Positions 59,189-64,000 of a stretch of DNA of 64,000 nt are shown here, piece after piece. The stretch comes from Psammoneis japonica. Lineage: Eukaryota. Position numbers and translations under genes: made by a program. The stretch's first letter is position 1. Each line of letters begins with the position of its first letter. The stretch is from assembly GCA_008632985.1 (NCBI GenBank), contig QPGO01000015.1:621998-685997 (forward strand), given 5' to 3'. The notes under the pieces were generated by a model that did no database searches, was not told the DNA's origin, and saw only the letters and a program-made list of their open reading frames with translations.

Positions 59189-60760
59189 TTACATCGCTTC
59201 TTCTGCATCCTCCGACGTCGTGGGCAATGCTGTTTCAGCCGGTAAATCCGCCAGAGCACCCATAATACAGGCAAATAAAATAACGGCACCGCCAACATAT
59301 GCGCTCATGCCGAGCTTTTCATGAAGGAGCCACACACCAAATAATGACGCCCACACTGGCTCACTAGCAAACGTCAAAGCTGCCTCCGTTGCGGATGCCC
59401 TCTGTAGAGCGACACCTTCCAAGTAGATTGCGACAACAGTAGTCATTATTCCCGTCCACACAACCGCAGCTATTCGATGCGGCTCCAACTAAAACATGCA
59501 ACAAAAGCGTTGTGCTGAGTACTGAGTCGGATTTGCAGACGAGTACGTACGTGACATTATGGATGCGGTAGGCACGTACCATGTATTCAAAACTGGGCAT
59601 CGTACCATGGAAGTCAACCAGCACCCACAACAATGAAAGGAAACCAACAATCACGCACTGTGCTGCAGACAAGGTAATAATTCGGTTCTCGACATGTTCA
59701 AACTTCTCCACATAGTGCTCTATTCTCATAAAGGCTAAGCCAAATCCAAAAGGCTGACCGAGCGCAAGAAGATCACCTTTCCCCAACCCAAACCACGTCT
59801 GAGCAGCAGCTGCGGACGAAGCAACAACGTGGGTGGATTCGGCCAGTGCCGGCTGAACGGGGAGAAGGGAATTCACATCGATAAGACCTTCCAAAATTCC
59901 TACTCCCGTAAGTGCGACGGCGGCGCTGGCTAGATGGATTGGTTTGATCTCCTTCCCAAACAACAGGGATGACAAAAGTGGCACGACCACAACGGTAAGA
60001 CTACAGATAAAAGCGCATTCTCCAGCCCCAATGCTCTCAAGCGCCATTGCCTGAGTGATGTACCCGAAAGTGATCCAAATTCCACATTCAACTCCTCCAA
60101 GTATTACGTCCCTACGCTGACCAACCAAAAGAGGTATGCACGCAATAGCGGCCACTCCAAAACGGGCGAGTGCCGCCTCGCTGGGAAGATGTCTACACGG
60201 GGGATGGAAACAAAGCGTCTCAAGGTCTAATCGTAGAGTAGGAACGACACCCAGGAGAGAAACAAAAGCACAGCACGTTATATCAGCTTCGTTGCAATGG
60301 TTACTGGGAAGTCGACACACTGAAACTCACACTTTACGACAGCAAAATTAGTACCCCACAACATTGCAACCGCAAGAAGAAGAGCTCGGGCGGCCCATAT
60401 ACCGATCACGGCACTTTCAGTCTCTTTCTCTTGCAATGCAAGTAGAGATGACGGCGGAGTGCCTTCAATTTCTTCAGAACTGAAACTATCACCATCGATT
60501 CCCACGGGAAAAGTGAGATTGTCTTTCAGTCTGTCAACGTCAAAGTTTTCGACTCTTTCAAAAATGTTCTCATCTGTCGAGTCCAGTTGCGGGGTTCCTA
60601 CTTTGTCCCGTTTTGGCAGAACATTGCAACTCGATGGCAGTTGTAAACGGCGATTGGTTGGTGGTGTGAATGCTGCTGTTGCTACCGCTTGTGTCGATAT
60701 CACGAGCACCAGGTTAACAAGAACTTTCCTTGCTCTTGGCTTCATCTTGCGGTCACTCAT
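59189..60760 (-). CDS. EamA/DMT-family transporter, paralog 1
   Basis: Motifs LWGTNFA, AFICSLTVVVVP and SEPVWAS; signal peptide; introns 60227-60330 and about 59489-59579. Confidence 0.88.
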
Positions 60761-61149
60761 TGTACAGAGTTATCGCTGCTCTTCAGATACACTACTGTAT
60801 GAGCATGATATGATGTAAGATTGAAGAGATGGAGATGGATCGGAAGGGGGCAAATGCAGAGAAAAAGAAGATCTTTTTTGGCGATGGCATCTTCTCGAGG
60901 TTTTCGCGCACTTTTTGCATTCTGATGCATTGTGATTGGATGGAATGGCCTTCAACAAGCCTTCAAAGATTGACTTATGAATGGTTCGGCAATAATACGT
61001 CATGTCCACGTCAGCCGGGCAGCAGCAAGCTTCTCTCGCCTGTCTGCCACACAACACAGGTCGGTCAGAGCATTGAGCTTTGAGCTTATTTGAGGTCATA
61101 CGCAGAGGTCAGCAACAACCTGAACGAGGAATGTGTTGTTGCTGAGGGC

Positions 61150-62097
61150 ATGGCTGCAATGACGCCTTCACCAAGCGAAACAACGACAGGTCAGTGCCCA
61201 GTGGCTCGGAATGGGTCCACGAGTGGCTCGCGGTGGAATCCCATGCTATGGATCGGTAGTACTTCTGCTACCGGTAGTAGGAGTGCGCCCTCGAACCCTG
61301 ATACCGCCCCGCAACAAAGCGAAGCTTCCGGCTGTCCAGTAAAGGGGGGCTTACCTCCATCTTTGGAGGAGTCAGCACAGCACGCTCAGAAACCATACCA
61401 TGATCAACGGATTCCGTTGTCGACCCAACGAGCAATCTCCTCTATTCCTCGTGCCGACGAACTGCGTGAGAAAGAAAAGAACGACGAGAAACATGCGCCT
61501 CATCAGCCTGCCGAAGGAGATCGTTGGGTGTACCCTAGTGAACAGCAATTCTACAACGCTATGCGTCGAAAGGGATGGGAAGCTGACGAATCCACAATTC
61601 CGGCGGTGGTGAGGATTCACAATGCGGTCAACGAGAGAGGATGGTCGCAGGTTCGCAAATGGGAAAGGGAGCTGCACAACAATCCTAACCCAAGACTCGT
61701 ACGCTTTTTGGGGAGACCGCAAGATCAATCCCCAAAGGCATGGTTTAATACCAACATTCTGTTTTACAATCCTCCCTTTGACCGGCATGATTGGTATGTG
61801 GATGCAGGTGATGGGAAGGCCCGCCGGTATGTGATCGATTTTTACAATGGCAGCGAGGAGAAGACGAGCCAAGGGCAAGGCATTCCTCATCGCCCTCCTT
61901 CTCTCTTCTTGGATGTAAGGCCAGCGCTAGACACTCCAGAAGCGTTCAAGGATCGCGCTCATATGTTCTTTCGTGACGCCTTTCCTGGCCTCTTCTCTGC
62001 GTTTGGTGGAAATCAATCTAGTGCCTCAACGACGCCGGCGACTAACGCCACAAGCTCTGTTGTGAACGAAGCCAACATGGAACCAAAATCTGGATGA
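61150..62097 (+). CDS. HCCS: Holocytochrome c synthase (cytochrome c/c1 heme lyase)
   Basis: CPV heme motifs, WVYPSEQQFYNAM.RKGW, HNAVNE.GW, PFDRHDW and YVIDFY. Confidence 0.93.
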   Translation: MAAMTPSPSETTTGQCPVARNGSTSGSRWNPMLWIGSTSATGSRSAPSNPDTAPQQSEASGCPVKGGLPPSLEESAQHAQKPYHDQRIPLSTQRAISSIPRADELREKEKNDEKHAPHQPAEGDRWVYPSEQQFYNAMRRKGWEADESTIPAVVRIHNAVNERGWSQVRKWERELHNNPNPRLVRFLGRPQDQSPKAWFNTNILFYNPPFDRHDWYVDAGDGKARRYVIDFYNGSEEKTSQGQGIPHRPPSLFLDVRPALDTPEAFKDRAHMFFRDAFPGLFSAFGGNQSSASTTPATNATSSVVNEANMEPKSG

Positions 62098-62192
62098 GTG
62101 AAGTAACCATGTCTGGATGATAAGGCTCATCGGTTAAAGATGTGGATAGATTCAAAACTTTCTTAAAAAATCACCATATTGAATTGCTACAG

Positions 62193-63605
62193 TTATTCTG
62201 ATCCCTCAGTCTCGGCAGGTTCCGCAGGAGGAATGTCTGCAAGCGCTCCAATGACGCATGCCGCTAAAATTACTGCACCACCAACGTATGAATTGGCGTT
62301 CAGTTTCTCCTTTAGGAGCCAAGCGCTGAATATCGACGCCCAAACCGGCTCGCTGGAAAAAGTAAGCGCGGCTTCCGTGGCGTTGGCTCGTTGCAAGGCC
62401 ACTCCTTGCAGAAAAATGGCGACCACAGTAGTCATGATACCCGTCCAGGCGATGGTTGCCAGTCGATGAGGCTCCAGCTAAAATTCAAGAGAAGACAAAT
62501 TACAATGTGAGAGAGCTGAAGTTTGTATCAATCCATAAAGATGCTGAACAACACCCACCATGTACTCAAAGTTCGGCAAAGTTCCGTGATAATCGTACAG
62601 TACCCACGCCAAGCTCAGTAAACCGACCACCACACATTCTGCAGCTGCTATTGTGATCACTCGATTCTCGACATCTTTGAACTTTTCGACGTAGTGCTCA
62701 ATTCGCATGAAGCTGAAACCGAAACAGAGTGGTTGGCCAAGAGCAAGCAAGTCGCCCTTGCCTACGCCAAGAGAAGACGCAGCAGAAGCTAACCATCCCG
62801 ATGATTCGGACGCTACTGAGGCTGTCGCATGCGGAGTGATGGCAGTTACAGTATCGGCAACAGCAGGCTGAATCCCCAACAAAGTAGTTACATCAATAAC
62901 CCCTTCGAGTACCCCCACTCCCGACAGCGCAATCGCTGCTGTGACAAAATTGATTGGTTTGATTTCCTTTCCGAACAGCAAGGCAGAGAGTAGAGGCACG
63001 ACCACGACTGTAAGACTGCAAATAAAGGCACATTTTCCGGCGCCAATCGTTTCCAGCGCCATTGCTTGAGTGATATACCCGAACGTAATCCATAACCCGC
63101 ACTCCATTCCCCCCAAGATGACGTCCAGTCTTTGACCAATCAACAAAGGAGTGCTCACGAGGGCGGCGACACCGAATCGGGCAAATGCAGCTTCACTTGG
63201 AGGATGGGAACAAGGCGGATGAAAGCAAAGATTTTCAATATACTTGACAGCGGCAAAATTGGTCCCCCAAAGCATTGCAACAAACAGAAGCAGGCCTCTC
63301 GCCGCCCATATGCCAATCTCAGAGTTGTCCTCTCCCGACTCATTCGTCTGTGTCTTCACAGTTGGTAGGTTGAGCTCGTTGTCCTCGAAAATGACCGGAC
63401 TGAATGGTTCATCCTCCTTTCCGGAGTTCTCTGTCTCGAACACACCTTGCGGGGTTCTGTCGTCTAGTGGTGGCGGTTTCAAACTCAAGGCTAGCTTGGT
63501 CGACGTACCTGCACGACGCGAAGCCAAGTTAGGTGCAGGACCAGTAAATGCTGTCGTCGCGACGGCGAAGATCAAAGTCACCCCGAACACTGAGAGTCTT
63601 CTCAT
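62193..63605 (-). CDS. EamA/DMT-family transporter, paralog 2
   Basis: Closely similar to paralog 1; single intron about 62478-62558. Confidence 0.9.
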
Positions 63606-64000
63606 CTCTAATTAATTTACGGTATGATCAACTGATGACCAAAGCAAATCCAACTTGATTTGCGGCCCCTCTTTCGAAAAGGCAACTGTACGTCAATTAG
63701 ACAACCCGTCCTGTTTTCATCTAGCTTACGCTTGAGAAGGAACCAGCCACCAGCTTGTGCTTCCTGTGCTGCTTTCCTTCTTGCTTTCTCTCAAAACCAT
63801 TGATGTGGTGTGGTCTGTCGTGTGGCTGACACATCTGACGCCATGAGAAAGCGGAGTCAGTCCCGCTCCGCCACGCGTCAAAACGTCTGAGTGGATAAAT
63901 TCAGTCTTGTCTCATGTTGATTTCTACGCAGAAAACTCGACCATCTTTGATGGGATTCAAACCGCCACCAGCAGCCGCCGTGTTATTTCGCGCCGTTCGC

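Overview
Eukaryotic nuclear DNA, most likely a diatom (inferred from short GT-AG introns, bipartite plastid-type presequences and gene content). Compact gene blocks (about 1-16.5 kb, 35.1-39.5 kb, 43.4-47.0 kb, 52.9-63.6 kb) encode a RAD5-like helicase, bZIP factor, 2OG-Fe(II) oxygenase, DinB-like protein, Nup98-96, SDR, U-box/vWA/Hint protein, PHD protein, DUF866 protein, DEAH helicase, GltD, HCCS and two EamA transporters. They alternate with three blocks of transposon-derived DNA (about 16.7-35.0, 40.1-43.0 and 47.6-52.4 kb). The main signal is that TpA is almost erased in those three blocks only, apparently by TpA->TpG/CpA change (A:T->G:C on both strands). Conserved Tyr residues of TE proteins read Cys or His, TAA/TAG stops are lost, and repeat copies show TA, TG and CA at the same site. 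This looks like a repeat-targeted hypermutation system with the opposite polarity to fungal RIP. The largest block contains a complete 8.66-kb DNA transposon (perfect 24-bp TIRs, 4-bp TSD) with convergent ORFs for a transposase and a GNAT-like/papain-like protease protein, nested in a Harbinger-type transposase gene. Several host genes have single-base indels that are probably assembly errors. Protein family calls come from motif recognition only; no searches were run.
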